From Myxococcota bacterium (GTDB lineage Bacteria; Myxococcota_A; Polyangia; Polyangiales; Houyiibacteriaceae), in contig JBCCEA010000019.1 of the NCBI GenBank assembly GCA_039030515.1, positions 14,578 through 78,577 on the forward strand: DNA of 64,000 bases, in the 5' to 3' direction. The notes under the pieces are model-generated. The model was not told where the DNA came from, ran no database searches, and saw only the letters and a list, made by a program, of their open reading frames with translations. Position numbers and translations under genes: made by a program. Positions within the stretch are counted from its first letter, which is position 1; the number at the start of each line of letters is the position of its first letter. This document shows, one piece after another, positions 20,551-30,999 of this stretch.

Positions 20551-21131
20551 AGTTCCACCTCAGCAGGAGCGAGGACGCGAAATTCATGACCCTGAGCCAC
20601 CTGAGGCAGACGGGCTTCGGTGACCTTCCATCCGCGATGCTGCAGGGCACCTCGAAAAGGCGCCGACCCTGAGACCCGACCGGTGAGCCGAATCTCGCCC
20701 GCATCAAAGCCGTCTTCTATGGTGACCTGCGCGCCTTCTTCTTCCTCACGTATGCAGGTAAGGGTGAAGTGCTCGCGCAGCGCCCTTTGGCATCCCTCGT
20801 GAACCACGCGCGCCGCCGCACCGACTTCCGCATCGCTGAACGCCGCGACATCTTCTTCAAGAAAGTCGACGAAGCGTCCATCGCGCTGGAGCAGACCCAG
20901 AAGAATAAGCGCGGCATCGACCGGCACCTGCTCGAAAGTCGTTCGTGGACGGGTCTCATCGGCGGGTTCGTCGACGGGTTGAGGTTCTTCTGCTTCTTGA
21001 GGCAGCGAAAGCGGAATGCGCCTGACGGAGGCCGCAAATTCAGCATCAAAAATCGTTCGAAAAAAAGCCGTCCAAGCCAGAACCATGCGGGCAAACAAAG
21101 AAAGACGGGGTTCGGACACCGCGTACCTCAC
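20547..21131 (-). CDS. DUF2760-family protein
   Basis: LLQRDGRFVDFLEED, VGAAARVVH, LQHRGW, APAEVEL. Overlaps the Hsp70 start by 4 bp. Confidence 0.88.
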   Translation of the reverse strand: MRYAVSEPRLSLFARMVLAWTAFFRTIFDAEFAASVRRIPLSLPQEAEEPQPVDEPADETRPRTTFEQVPVDAALILLGLLQRDGRFVDFLEEDVAAFSDAEVGAAARVVHEGCQRALREHFTLTCIREEEEGAQVTIEDGFDAGEIRLTGRVSGSAPFRGALQHRGWKVTEARLPQVAQGHEFRVLAPAEVEL

Positions 21132-21342
21132 GAAGCGTAGTTGGGAAGCAACCGAGATTGGGAGACAACCAGGCCCGAAGGCCCGGTTTCATTTGCCATA
21201 ACAACCTGGGTGGTACCAACTTCAGCTGCACGAGCGCGAATGCTGTGCCCTCGTATCTCCACGGCAGCATGCCCGCTCCGCGCGGTCGGTCGATCACGCT
21301 ACCCCGTTGGGCCTGGACTGACGTGCCGCGCAAAAGTCAGGA

Positions 21343-23493
21343 TCAGTGATCGAGGGCCTGCATGCGGTCGATGCCCGGATAAGTGGTGAAGATGCGATCG
21401 TATTCGGTGATGAAGTGGGTCGCGGTGAAGAGAAACAGACCCATGCCGGAAACGAGCGCGAACCTCCCGGCATAGCGCGCGACGGTCGACGCGGAGGCGC
21501 TAGCAAAGGCGAAGAGCAGTCCGCCCACCGAGAGCACCCACGGCATCAGGGTGGCCCCAACGGAGCCTGCTTGGTCCGGAGAAACTTCGCCCAAGAAAAG
21601 CAGTCCATATCCCGCAAAACCCAGCAGAAGCACGCCGCGAACCAAATCAGGCGCGTGCCAGAGATCGTGCAAAAACCGGCCTGCGCCGAGGCATAGGAAG
21701 GGATAAAGCGGCATCCAGTACCATCCGAAAGTCCAGGTGCCGCTCGAGTAGCCGATGGCGAGCAGGTAGAAGATCATCGGGAGGTAGAGGTGGGCCACAT
21801 CGAACGCTGGAGCTGAGTCAGAGGGCCGAGCTGAGTCAGGAGACCGGGTCAGCGCAGAGGCTGAAGCGAGCCCGATCAGCCACGCGAACCAGAGGAAGGT
21901 GGTCCAGCCTTCTCCGACCATGTTGTGGTTGATGAGCCCCATCGTGAAAAAGCGAAAGTAGAGGTCCCAAACCGGTGGACGTACGATCGCTTGCGTTCGA
22001 GTAGCGAACCAAAACGAGTCCCAGCCGAAGTAGCCCGCGTAGACGAATATCAGACTCGCGACCAGCAGCGTGCCCACCCCAAGCGCGATCGCATCCCGAT
22101 AGCGACGCTTGGCGGCCAGCAAAACGACAAACCCAGGGGCAAAAGCGAGCGCCGGAAGCTTGGCCAGCGGCGCCAAGCCAAGAAGCAAGGCCATCGCGTT
22201 CCGGTCCCGAGCCCGGCACCCCTCATCTCGGTAGCGCAGATAGAAGTAACAGGCGCCGAGCGCGAGCGGCGCCACCAAGGCTTCCTCTTTGATGACTCGG
22301 CCCTGAAGCACGATCATGGGTACGCACGCCCATAAAAAACCGGCGAAATGCCCCGCCGCAGTGCCCGGAAAAGAACGTGCGCCGATCGCGATGATGAGCA
22401 CCAAAGACAGCAGGCTTAGGGCGATCGGAACCAAGCGCGTATGCTGAAGACGCGCGTGGGTAAAGTGCTCCGCGCCGCCCGCGATAGCAGCGGCACCGAC
22501 GAGCAGATGCATCAGCGGAGGATGCTCGAAGTACGGGCGAATCAGCTTAAGCGGTTTGGGTCGGAAGTAGGGTAGGAGTTCGACATCCGCGTAGGGTCCG
22601 TATGCGCTGGCCCACATCGACCATCCCACGGTCTCTCCGGAGCGGAGCAGTTCGTATCCGTTCCAGGTGGCAAAGAGCTCGTCGTCGTTCTCCTGAAACT
22701 CGGGCATGACCTGATAATCGAAGAGTCGCAGCGCGAGACCGAGCAGGCAGATGGCCACGGCCGAGGTGGCCCCAAGACGTCTACAGCGAAGCATTCGGCT
22801 TGGCGCCAAAACGACGAAAAAGACCCCTGCACTGAAGAACAACGCAAGCAGAGCGCCGGTCAACCAAACGACAAGACGCAGAGCCTGGCTGGAGGCCTCG
22901 CTGGGTCGGAAGGCGTCGTTCGGAATGCGAGCACATGCACCGCCCTCGATCGCCCAGCAAAATTCGAGGGCAGTATCCGTTCCAGAACTGCTGCGCCAGC
23001 GCACCTCGACCGAATGGTCACCCGGAGCGAGCACGGCCTCGTTACGGTAGACTGCGTCGTCCACCAGCAGATCGGCCCGCCCCCCGTGTCGAAGCCGTAA
23101 GGCTCGGTCGGGACCTGACGGGACGGTGAGCGTGCCGCGGAGGGTCACGTCGATCGGTGGCGGGCCAGAAGGGATATCCCAGCGTTCGAACGGCCAGTTC
23201 TGGACGTAGCGGGAGAGCACCCGGTGCTGGTTTGGAAACCAAGTTCGCAGTTCGTGACTCCGGTGGACGATCTCTTCAACACCCGCGATCTGAAGGCGAT
23301 ATTCAGCAGACAACCCCTGCTGAAGGCGCGCGTCCATCAGCCAGGTCCCAAGGGAGACGGCGGCAACAACAAGACTGGCCGCAACAGCCGCCCTGCCGTA
23401 AGCGAGGCTCTCGACAAAGCGATTCTTCACGGGGAAGTCACGTCGATTGTCGGTATCGCTTGGTTCTTCACGATTTGGGGCGTCGTGGTTCAT
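21343..23493 (-). CDS. GT-C (ArnT/PMT-like) membrane glycosyltransferase with N-terminal extracellular beta domain
   Basis: NDDE, YFEHPPL and many TM helices. Confidence 0.75.
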   Translation of the reverse strand: MNHDAPNREEPSDTDNRRDFPVKNRFVESLAYGRAAVAASLVVAAVSLGTWLMDARLQQGLSAEYRLQIAGVEEIVHRSHELRTWFPNQHRVLSRYVQNWPFERWDIPSGPPPIDVTLRGTLTVPSGPDRALRLRHGGRADLLVDDAVYRNEAVLAPGDHSVEVRWRSSSGTDTALEFCWAIEGGACARIPNDAFRPSEASSQALRLVVWLTGALLALFFSAGVFFVVLAPSRMLRCRRLGATSAVAICLLGLALRLFDYQVMPEFQENDDELFATWNGYELLRSGETVGWSMWASAYGPYADVELLPYFRPKPLKLIRPYFEHPPLMHLLVGAAAIAGGAEHFTHARLQHTRLVPIALSLLSLVLIIAIGARSFPGTAAGHFAGFLWACVPMIVLQGRVIKEEALVAPLALGACYFYLRYRDEGCRARDRNAMALLLGLAPLAKLPALAFAPGFVVLLAAKRRYRDAIALGVGTLLVASLIFVYAGYFGWDSFWFATRTQAIVRPPVWDLYFRFFTMGLINHNMVGEGWTTFLWFAWLIGLASASALTRSPDSARPSDSAPAFDVAHLYLPMIFYLLAIGYSSGTWTFGWYWMPLYPFLCLGAGRFLHDLWHAPDLVRGVLLLGFAGYGLLFLGEVSPDQAGSVGATLMPWVLSVGGLLFAFASASASTVARYAGRFALVSGMGLFLFTATHFITEYDRIFTTYPGIDRMQALDH

Positions 23494-23557
23494 TTGCAGG
23501 GCCAGTGTCGGGCGTCAGGTTGTGAACCGTACCCGGTCCGGTGGCTAGGTCTTCTCT

Positions 23558-23685
23558 TGATGCACAACCTTCGAGGTAATCGTTGTCCAGTCCCATCGCC
23601 TGCATGAACGCGTAGGCCGTAGTGGGACCCACAAACCGGAATCCCCCTCGTTTCAGGTCTTTTGCAAAACGCAGCGAACTATCGA
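23558..23685 (-). pseudogene. Duplicated 3' fragment of tag
   Basis: About 128 bp matching 23807-23934 with 6 substitutions by my count. Confidence 0.9.
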
Positions 23686-23687
23686 GC

Positions 23688-23727
23688 ACCGTACCCGGTC
23701 AGGTGGCGGCAACCGTACCCGGTCAGG
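23688..23727 (-). repeat. Doublet of REP-like motif (plus a single copy at 23525-23538)
   Basis: ACCGTACCCGGTCAGG at 23688-23703 and 23712-23727. Confidence 0.85.
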
Positions 23728-24370
23728 GTTCACGCGGAGCCTCGGGGGACGGCCGCCGTCGTTTGGGTGGCTGAAACCCAAGACGCGCCTGCACGACATC
23801 CTCTTTTGATGCGCAACCTTCGAGGTGATCGTTGACCAGTCCCATCGCCTGCATGAACGCGTAGGCCGTAGTGGGACCCACAAACCGGAACCCCCTTCGT
23901 TTGAGGTCTTTTGCAAAACGCAGCGAACTATCGACGGCACCATCAGGGCCACACGCAGGCTCAAACTCCCAAACGTAGGCCGCGAAACTACCAAATCGCT
24001 CGACGACTTCGAGCACGCGCCCCGCATTGTGGATGGTCGCCTCGATTTTGCCGCGGTGCCGGACGATAGCCGGGTTGCCCAGCAGAAGCGCAACCTCTCT
24101 CTCCCCGTAGTGAATCAGCTTTTCAGGGTCAAAACCCGCAAAAGCCTCTCGGAACGCCTCCCGCTTTTTGAGAATGGTGAGCCAGCTCAGCCCCGCCTGA
24201 AACCCTTCCAAAGCGAGCTTTTCAAAAAGACGATGGTCGGAAGCCACCGGTCGCCCCCACTCGAGATCGTGATAGCGGATGTAGCATTCGGAATCCCCGC
24301 TCCAGGCGCATCGGACGATCCCATCGGTTCCCTTGCGAAGACCGGACACGTTGTCTTTTTTGCATTCCAT
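23723..24370 (-). CDS. tag: DNA-3-methyladenine glycosylase I
   Basis: RCAW, YHDLEWG, LEGFQAGLSWLTILKKR, FVGPTTAYAFMQAMGLVNDH...C. Confidence 0.95.
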   Translation of the reverse strand: MECKKDNVSGLRKGTDGIVRCAWSGDSECYIRYHDLEWGRPVASDHRLFEKLALEGFQAGLSWLTILKKREAFREAFAGFDPEKLIHYGEREVALLLGNPAIVRHRGKIEATIHNAGRVLEVVERFGSFAAYVWEFEPACGPDGAVDSSLRFAKDLKRRGFRFVGPTTAYAFMQAMGLVNDHLEGCASKEDVVQARLGFQPPKRRRPSPEAPREP

Positions 24371-24610
24371 CTAAAGGCGCCGCAACCCCTCTCAAGCTCC
24401 ACGAAGTGGTGCACGGAGCCACCCAAAATGCGGACTGCTTCGCTGTACCCCCAAAACAATCGGGTCGATCGCGAGAGTTCGGGCCGATCCCGTCGCGAAT
24501 GGATGAACTCAGCAGCTGTATGCCGGGAACACATCGATCTGGCGCGTGGATTACGACTTCATTGACCGAATAGTCACGTAATTTCGTGAACTCACACGCC
24601 TCTATTGATT

Positions 24611-24627
24611 TTGAATTTGACTTTCAA
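24611..24627. promoter_or_regulatory. Putative Fur-type operator TTGAA-N7-TTCAA upstream of bfd-bfr
   Basis: AT-rich inverted repeat TTGAATTTGACTTTCAA just before iron-storage genes. Confidence 0.55.
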
Positions 24628-24650
24628 GAACGCCCATGCAGCATGAGTTT

Positions 24651-24971
24651 ATGCTCGTGTGTCACTGTTACGCCGTATCCGATCGGACAATTCGCGCAGC
24701 AGTGGATCTTGGTGCACGTTCGCGGCAGGACATCGGCGATTTCTGCAAGGCCGGCACGGCATGCGGGGGCTGCAGCGAACTCATCGATGAAGTGATCGAC
24801 GACGCATCCACGGAACGCCAGATGAGCGCACGCAGCGTGCAAGAGCGACACAGCATCTCGGAGGAACATCGAGTGCTGGGCGAGAGGGTTCTGGAGCACA
24901 AGCTCGGCGCAGGTCGAGGCCTCCCGATCGTCGACTCAGTGGTCGACGTGCACCTCCCGACCTCCGCCTGA
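24651..24971 (+). CDS. bfd: Bacterioferritin-associated (2Fe-2S) ferredoxin
   Basis: MLVCHC...AGTACGGC, directly upstream of bfr. Confidence 0.88.
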   Translation: MLVCHCYAVSDRTIRAAVDLGARSRQDIGDFCKAGTACGGCSELIDEVIDDASTERQMSARSVQERHSISEEHRVLGERVLEHKLGAGRGLPIVDSVVDVHLPTSA

Positions 24972-25025
24972 AATTCGAGGGCCGGAGGCTTGCGCGAGAA
25001 CGTACATGACCCCTAGGCTTTGGCC

Positions 25026-25499
25026 ATGCAGGGCGACGTCCAGGTTCTCGAATTGCTCAACGAGGTGCTCACCTCAGAGCTAACCGCCATCAATCAGTAC
25101 TTCATACATTCGAAAATGTGTGCGAACTGGGGCTACAAGCGATTGGCCGATAAGAAATGGCATGAATCGCTCGAAGAGATGAAACACGCGGACCAGATAA
25201 TCGAACGGATTCTCTATCTCGATGGAACCCCCAACATGCAGCGGCTGTTTCCCGTCAAGGTCGGAGAGAACGCGGTAGAGCAGCACAAACTCGATCTCGA
25301 GCTCGAAATCGACGCGGTCGCCCGACTGAATCGAGGCATTGCGCTTTGTCGCGACAAAGGAGATCACGGCACCGGAGAGCTTCTAGAGAAGATTCTTGTC
25401 AACGAAGAAGAAGGTATCGACTGGCTCGAGGCCCAGCTTCACGCGATATCCGAAATCGGCAAAGAGCGCTATCTAGCCATGCAGATGCACCAGGGCTAG
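25026..25499 (+). CDS. bfr: Bacterioferritin
   Basis: ELTAINQYFIH, EEMKHAD, ERILYLDGTPN. Confidence 0.96.
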   Translation: MQGDVQVLELLNEVLTSELTAINQYFIHSKMCANWGYKRLADKKWHESLEEMKHADQIIERILYLDGTPNMQRLFPVKVGENAVEQHKLDLELEIDAVARLNRGIALCRDKGDHGTGELLEKILVNEEEGIDWLEAQLHAISEIGKERYLAMQMHQG

Positions 25500-25695
25500 C
25501 CGGCTGCATCAGGACCATCTGCAGCCTGACTCGGCAGCTGCCGCAGACGCGGATTACCGTAGGCACACCTCATTCGCGCTCTCAGGGTGTGCGTCACAGG
25601 CCTGCGCGACACTGGCTTCTCGACAGCAGTGACGCGGGTGCTATGTTTCTCGGGTACATTTGCCTCCTTCAACACAGATAAGTCACGAAGACCGA

Positions 25696-25938
25696 ATGCG
25701 TGAAGCGGGTCGCGCTTGGGCTACGGACGTAAGAACTCAGCTACATGCAGAAGAGCGGCGTGCCTGTGGCGGCTGGCCCGGTACGCTTTCGGAGGCTGAA
25801 GCCCGTGCCGCTCGTGAGTTCCGTCGGTCTTCCATCGCGCTTGAGGCAGCCGATCGCCATGGCCTGGTTAAGATTCTTTATGCTGCAGCAAAAGACCATT
25901 GGCACGACCAACGTGAACCCGCCGAACGAGACGAGTAG
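25696..25938 (+). CDS. Small hypothetical protein
   Basis: Helical ORF with GGWPGTLSEA; start uncertain. Confidence 0.55.
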   Translation: MREAGRAWATDVRTQLHAEERRACGGWPGTLSEAEARAAREFRRSSIALEAADRHGLVKILYAAAKDHWHDQREPAERDE

Positions 25939-26039
25939 CGGGTGTCGGTATGTATCCTGTATCTAGTGCGGCATATTAATGCCGTAAGGGCCGCGGGTCG
26001 AAACACACTCTTACGTTTTCTGATGGAGAAGCACTAAAC

Positions 26040-27206
26040 TTGCTCGGACTTAAGCCCAACATAGTCCGATACATACTTAGTCGAATAGAGCACCCCTCTG
26101 CGACGCTACACCAGTCGAATAGGCCGATCGATTCAGAGCAAATGGTTGCACAGATCTTAACCGATGTGTGGCTAGAAGGACATCGATGCTCAAAGGAGCA
26201 GATTCAGGTATGTATTGAGCTCCATAAGCGAGCGGGAGAGATTCCGTACCTCACATCCAGTTTGCTTGAGTGTACGAATCGCCCTGTTCCTGTCGCCGCA
26301 TCTCGAAAACGAAAGAACGACCGAGAAATCGATAACCCAAAACCCGGCCACTCCATCGATTTCGATGCTTTTGCCGCGTTTTTACGCGTTCGCGAACTAG
26401 TAGACGAAGACAAAAACGCCCTGCCGAAAGATATCGCCCGCAGATTATGGTACGAGTTTAAGAACCTTTGTAGACCATACTCCGTTCTAGTGGTGGCCGG
26501 TTGGATTGAATGGGATAAGTCCAAAGGAGCTTCATTTCCCAGGGCGTCGGGAGCATTGCTGACTGGATATCAAGCCATTGCTCCTCGGAGGGGAAATAGA
26601 ATAAATGCCCCGCCCCTTAGAGGTCAACGTCGGCCGTGCACACCACCACCACCCATAGCCAAGAAAAGACGGGTTTTGGACCAGATTTCCTCTAAAGCAG
26701 TGGGTTTTATAACGGACTCGCTACTGAACCGAATGCAGCCTACCGAAGAGCGAATTCATTCGATAGCTATTTCCAAAGGACACCAGTGCACTCGGACGCA
26801 AGTAGACTACCTATCGGACGCCATACGTTATGAGGATGTGATTCAGCGCGACACCGAAACTCTTTCGGAGAGCGATTTTTACATGCTCATCTCATATGTG
26901 CGCTTTCGAGAATTGTTGAGTAAATACTTCGCCGGCAAATGGCTGAATGCATCTGTACTAAGTGCTTGCGAGAAGCAGCTACGTTTGGAGGGTTTTGCGC
27001 CGGACCTTGCGAGACTGCGCGAGTGGGCGAAGCGAATCTCGGACCGGCGTTCACGGTTGAGCCGTAGAGAACAGCACGCCCAATACCCGGTACCTAATCG
27101 GCATCAAGACCCGGCAGCAGCCCACGGTGTGCCCGTCGCGCCCTTGGAGTGCCCGAGATTCTCGGCGCTCCTACAAGCTTGTGCGCACGCCCGCACTAGA
27201 ACCTGA
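26040..27206 (+). CDS. Orphan with two copies of an unrecognised helical domain and NLS-like tracts (family member 1)
   Basis: GHRCSKEQ..AFLRVREL..W and GHQCTRTQ..SYVRFREL..W; SRKRK and AKKRR. Confidence 0.7.
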   Translation: MLGLKPNIVRYILSRIEHPSATLHQSNRPIDSEQMVAQILTDVWLEGHRCSKEQIQVCIELHKRAGEIPYLTSSLLECTNRPVPVAASRKRKNDREIDNPKPGHSIDFDAFAAFLRVRELVDEDKNALPKDIARRLWYEFKNLCRPYSVLVVAGWIEWDKSKGASFPRASGALLTGYQAIAPRRGNRINAPPLRGQRRPCTPPPPIAKKRRVLDQISSKAVGFITDSLLNRMQPTEERIHSIAISKGHQCTRTQVDYLSDAIRYEDVIQRDTETLSESDFYMLISYVRFRELLSKYFAGKWLNASVLSACEKQLRLEGFAPDLARLREWAKRISDRRSRLSRREQHAQYPVPNRHQDPAAAHGVPVAPLECPRFSALLQACAHARTRT

Positions 27207-27424
27207 GTGGCCCACTTCTCGCGCTACCCGATCGACAAAGCCCTGACATCAACGACAGAAATCACCGAAAGTCGCATCCCATCGTAACCAAGCGGCTATC
27301 GCTTCTCTAAGTTCGGCAGCCGGGTGCGCCGCAGCACCATGGATGCAGGTCGCTTGCGCTATGATGTGCGGCAACGATTGCTCTAGAACGAGAAGAGCGG
27401 CAAAAACCGTCAACGAAAGCATTC

Positions 27425-28618
27425 ATGATGGATCACACCACTAGAAGTCTTAGCACTTATTGCCCGTCTAGATGGAACCTAGCTAGTCGCGAACCTTCCA
27501 AGAACCCTAGCGCACCGGGACCTTCCTCAGAGCGTCCCTCCAATGCGCTTTCCCAAGAGAGGATTACAAACATTTGGTCCGAAGGCTTTCTTTCGTTTTC
27601 TGATGCTGCGTCCCTCGCATGTACCAGCAAGACCATGCAAAGCTACGTCAAAGAGGCTCGATCGATACCGAACCTACCGATTTGGATGCGCAACGCGGAC
27701 AGCAAGGTAAGCGCCAGTCCGATCCGTTTCGTGGCGACTTTTCAGGACCCCGACGGACAACGCCCTCGCCTCGTCTCTGCCTCAGGGGACAACACGATCA
27801 CAATCTGGGACCTCCACACAGGCGAGCGAATTTTCTACTTTTTTATGGGATCACCTGAGTGGATTCTTCCTTTTGCGGTCTTTCAGGCCCCCAACGGCCA
27901 AGGACCTCGCCTCGTCTCCTACTCATGCAACGGCAGGATCAGGATCTGGGACCTCGACACGGGCAAATGCGCTTTCCACTTTCCCATGATTGGAAACGGT
28001 CAGATCCGTGCTTTGGCAGTCTTTCAGGACCCCGACGGGCAAGGACCTCGCTTCGCCTCCGCCTCCGTCTCCGCGTCAGGGAACAGCGCGATCACAATCT
28101 GTGACCTCCACACGGGCGAACGCGTTTTCCACTTTCCTTGGGAAAACATCGATCGGGTCCATTCCGTGGTGGTCTTTCAGGACACCGACATCCGAGGCCT
28201 CCGCATCATCTCCACCTCAGAGGACGGCACCATCGAGATCTGGAACCCCTACAGGCGAGAGCTCATATGCACCCTTACGGGACACCTCGGCCCGATCTAT
28301 TCCGTGGCGGTCTTTGAGGAACCCGACAGACAAGAGCCCCACCTCGTCTCCACCTCAGAGGACGGTACCGTCAAGGTCTGGAACCTTTGCAAAGTTCTAA
28401 CCAGAAGGGGGCCGCTGCCGCGTCGGCGCGAACCAAGCAGACTTCTTGGCAACACTGCAGGGCCGGGACCCAGCGCTTCGATCGGTTTCGTGACGGTTTG
28501 TGAACGCTATCACGGCAGCCCCCTCATCGTCTCCTGCTCCCAAGGCGGTGTCGTCAAGTTCTGGCGGCTCAACACGGGACGTTGCTTTTATAAGACTCGG
28601 CTCGCGTATCCCACATGA
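27425..28618 (+). CDS. Eukaryote-like F-box/WD40-repeat protein
   Basis: LSQERITNIWSEGFLSFSDAASLACTSKTMQSYV (F-box-like) followed by repeats such as LVSASGDNTITIWD and LTGH...SEDGTVKVWN. Confidence 0.8.
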   Translation: MMDHTTRSLSTYCPSRWNLASREPSKNPSAPGPSSERPSNALSQERITNIWSEGFLSFSDAASLACTSKTMQSYVKEARSIPNLPIWMRNADSKVSASPIRFVATFQDPDGQRPRLVSASGDNTITIWDLHTGERIFYFFMGSPEWILPFAVFQAPNGQGPRLVSYSCNGRIRIWDLDTGKCAFHFPMIGNGQIRALAVFQDPDGQGPRFASASVSASGNSAITICDLHTGERVFHFPWENIDRVHSVVVFQDTDIRGLRIISTSEDGTIEIWNPYRRELICTLTGHLGPIYSVAVFEEPDRQEPHLVSTSEDGTVKVWNLCKVLTRRGPLPRRREPSRLLGNTAGPGPSASIGFVTVCERYHGSPLIVSCSQGGVVKFWRLNTGRCFYKTRLAYPT

Positions 28619-28880
28619 CAGCTGGGCAATGAGCTGGTGTGGCGGGGGATGAAGGACATCAACCGATACAACCGAAGCACCAGCGACTCGAAAGCAGATC
28701 AGCTTCACTCGCGCGCCCCTCTCGGGCATCAAGCCTTACTTTTCTCCTGAGGCCTCTACCCGCTAGCGGGGATCCTGAGCTGTCGCTCACTCCCGGAGCG
28801 CCTTCGTTCCGCTGGAGGTTTTATGGGCGACGCTGGAAACATTCAGCCTCATCACAGCGCTTCGCTTTTGTTCCTATCGT

Positions 28881-30302
28881 GTGGACCGCCGCTCTAAGAA
28901 GCACACACTGCGCTTGATGAACCCTACCGATGCGAAGCCGATCACTGCCAAAGCCGTGGAGTACGCTCGGGAATATTTGAACTCCGGCTCGCCTGTGCGT
29001 CCCTGCTCGTATGGTAGCAACTTAGCCTCCTGGGAGCAGCTCGCTCGCGACCTGAGCACGTATTTGTTGAGGCAGGGATTTGACTGCACTGAGTATCAAG
29101 CGCGAGTTCTAGTGTGGATAGCTGGTGCCCGTAAACCTCCCTTGACAGAAAGGCTAAGAGACGCGAAGGACGTTGTGGCCTACGTCGCATTCGCTGAGTT
29201 GACTCGCCAGAACCCGTACCTTACCGCTTCCGCTGTACGTGTCGAACTGAAGAAGCTTCTCAAAGTGCCGGTGCCGGTGCCGCGGGTAGGGAGAATCCAA
29301 ATATGGATTCGTCGGGCTAATGAGACCGAAGAGTATTCCAAATTCCTCCGCGACGGGAGCGGTCCTACTCGCTCGCCTCCTCCGACAGATGGTCTTTCAA
29401 GGCAAGGGGTTAGACGGGGATCTCCAGATGGTGCATCCCGCGGCCGTGCAAGCACGGGCTCTCCGAGAGCGCACTCTGGGGGCGAGGCATCATCTCCTTC
29501 GTGCGCGTCTCCGCCGCGTCGACGGCATCGCACTCTGCGCGAGGGTCGCGAGGCTCGGCGCCTTAGTGCAAGTAATCTTCCACCAACGACAACAGGGCCT
29601 GCACTTCCGCCGCATCCCCCCCGCCCCAGTCCCCCGGTCTTTGGCGCGGGGCCGGCCCACTGCGGTGCGTATCCAAGGCAATATGCACTTGCACCGTATC
29701 TCTACCTTGGACCCCCGATCTTTGACCCAAGGCTGAACCACTACGGCCACTACGGTGCGCATCAAGGGCAATATACACGTCCGCCGCAACTCCTCCACTT
29801 CTTCACCAGTCCCCCGGTCTTTGGCACGGGATCGAGCCACTACGGTGCGTATCCAGGGAGCGTTGTCCAAGCATCGGCGAGTCACGTTACGCCATTAGCC
29901 CCGCTCCTGCCTGGATTGACTGCAGATACCGTAAGGTGGATGTGTTCTTATCTGGAGAGACATCCACAACAAGGTGCCAACGAACTGTTTCAGACAGCGA
30001 CACAATACGGCCAGCGTTGCACAGAGAAACAGGCTGAATTGTTTCTATTCGCTTGTCGAGACCGCTCCATACACGATTATGCTGTACAGCATGGTTTCAA
30101 CTACGCTGACAGCCTTGCTACATACGTCCGTGTATTGGAATTGGTCGGATGCTGGAAAACAAAAAGGGACAACAACAATTTTGCATGGCTGCGTGAAACA
30201 CTAATTAATGAGAGGCACAGGGGATTCGACCCTGGTCAGCTATTCTGCTGGATTGATAACGCGAAGAAAATTCATGCCGAGAGAACTCGTGGCGAAGTTT
30301 AG
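28881..30302 (+). CDS. Orphan tandem-domain protein (family member 2) with Pro/Arg-rich linker
   Basis: ITAKAVEY..GFDCTEYQ..AYVAFAEL..W and LTADTVRW..GQRCTEKQ..TYVRVLEL..W. Confidence 0.7.
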   Translation: MDRRSKKHTLRLMNPTDAKPITAKAVEYAREYLNSGSPVRPCSYGSNLASWEQLARDLSTYLLRQGFDCTEYQARVLVWIAGARKPPLTERLRDAKDVVAYVAFAELTRQNPYLTASAVRVELKKLLKVPVPVPRVGRIQIWIRRANETEEYSKFLRDGSGPTRSPPPTDGLSRQGVRRGSPDGASRGRASTGSPRAHSGGEASSPSCASPPRRRHRTLREGREARRLSASNLPPTTTGPALPPHPPRPSPPVFGAGPAHCGAYPRQYALAPYLYLGPPIFDPRLNHYGHYGAHQGQYTRPPQLLHFFTSPPVFGTGSSHYGAYPGSVVQASASHVTPLAPLLPGLTADTVRWMCSYLERHPQQGANELFQTATQYGQRCTEKQAELFLFACRDRSIHDYAVQHGFNYADSLATYVRVLELVGCWKTKRDNNNFAWLRETLINERHRGFDPGQLFCWIDNAKKIHAERTRGEV

Positions 30303-30999
30303 CTTTCTCGATCTTTTGCGCCAGGCTGTAGGGCTTCGAATGCTGCCCGAGTTGCGCCCCGTGACCCTCCAAAGCGCTGTTGCATATCTGCTGCATAAAG
30401 GCATGCCTGAATGTTGATGCATAAAAATGCAAAATCTCTTCGAAGCCACCTCACGTTTAGAGATATATTTGCTCTCTGCGGTGATGCGGGGCCAGAGTAG
30501 GCACGAGAACTTAATTTGAGTCTTCGAGAAATCTAGGTTTGCGTACCTGCCTTGATCGCGATCGCATTTTTCGAAGCGCAATGCTGACTCTCACTCTTCG
30601 TATTGACATCCAAAGCGAAGAGATCATGTTTGCTGTGAGATGCTCCGTTTCGAGACAGGGTCCTTTTTACCCTCCTCCGATAAACTCTACGGAATACCAA
30701 GCTGCGTTGCGTTTGAGCGCTATGGGGCTACCTCGTGACTTTGTGGATGCCGGAGACCCGCAGCTTTATCCAGTACGTTTCGCGAGGCGCCTCCACGCGC
30801 TTGGCGCTGTTTCAGCGACTCGGCAATGACGAGGAGCTCAGCTAGGACCCGTGGGTACGCCCTTGCCCTCGTAAATAGGGCGAGATACGAACAGCATCAC
30901 ATGCATGACGGGTTCGATGCATCAAAGCGACACCTCAACGCGAATAGGATGCCAACTAGAACGATCATACCCGGCTAATCTGAAACGATACTTGTTCCC

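Noticed and set aside
23558..23934. Diversity-generating retroelement TR/VR pair
   Set aside because: Substitutions are not adenine-specific on either strand and no reverse transcriptase is present.
25497..25499. Genome-wide reassignment of TAG
   Set aside because: bfr, udk, the gcvR-like gene, Hsp70 (18568) and the oxidoreductase end at TAG at plausible C-termini.
29626..29855. DGR-like 50-bp repeat pair inside 28881-30302
   Set aside because: Both copies are in frame within one Pro-rich linker and the differences are mostly ordinary transitions.
30539..30829. Further tandem-domain family member (STEYQA resembles CTEYQA)
   Set aside because: The match is too short and the surrounding frames contain several stops. 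At best a remnant.
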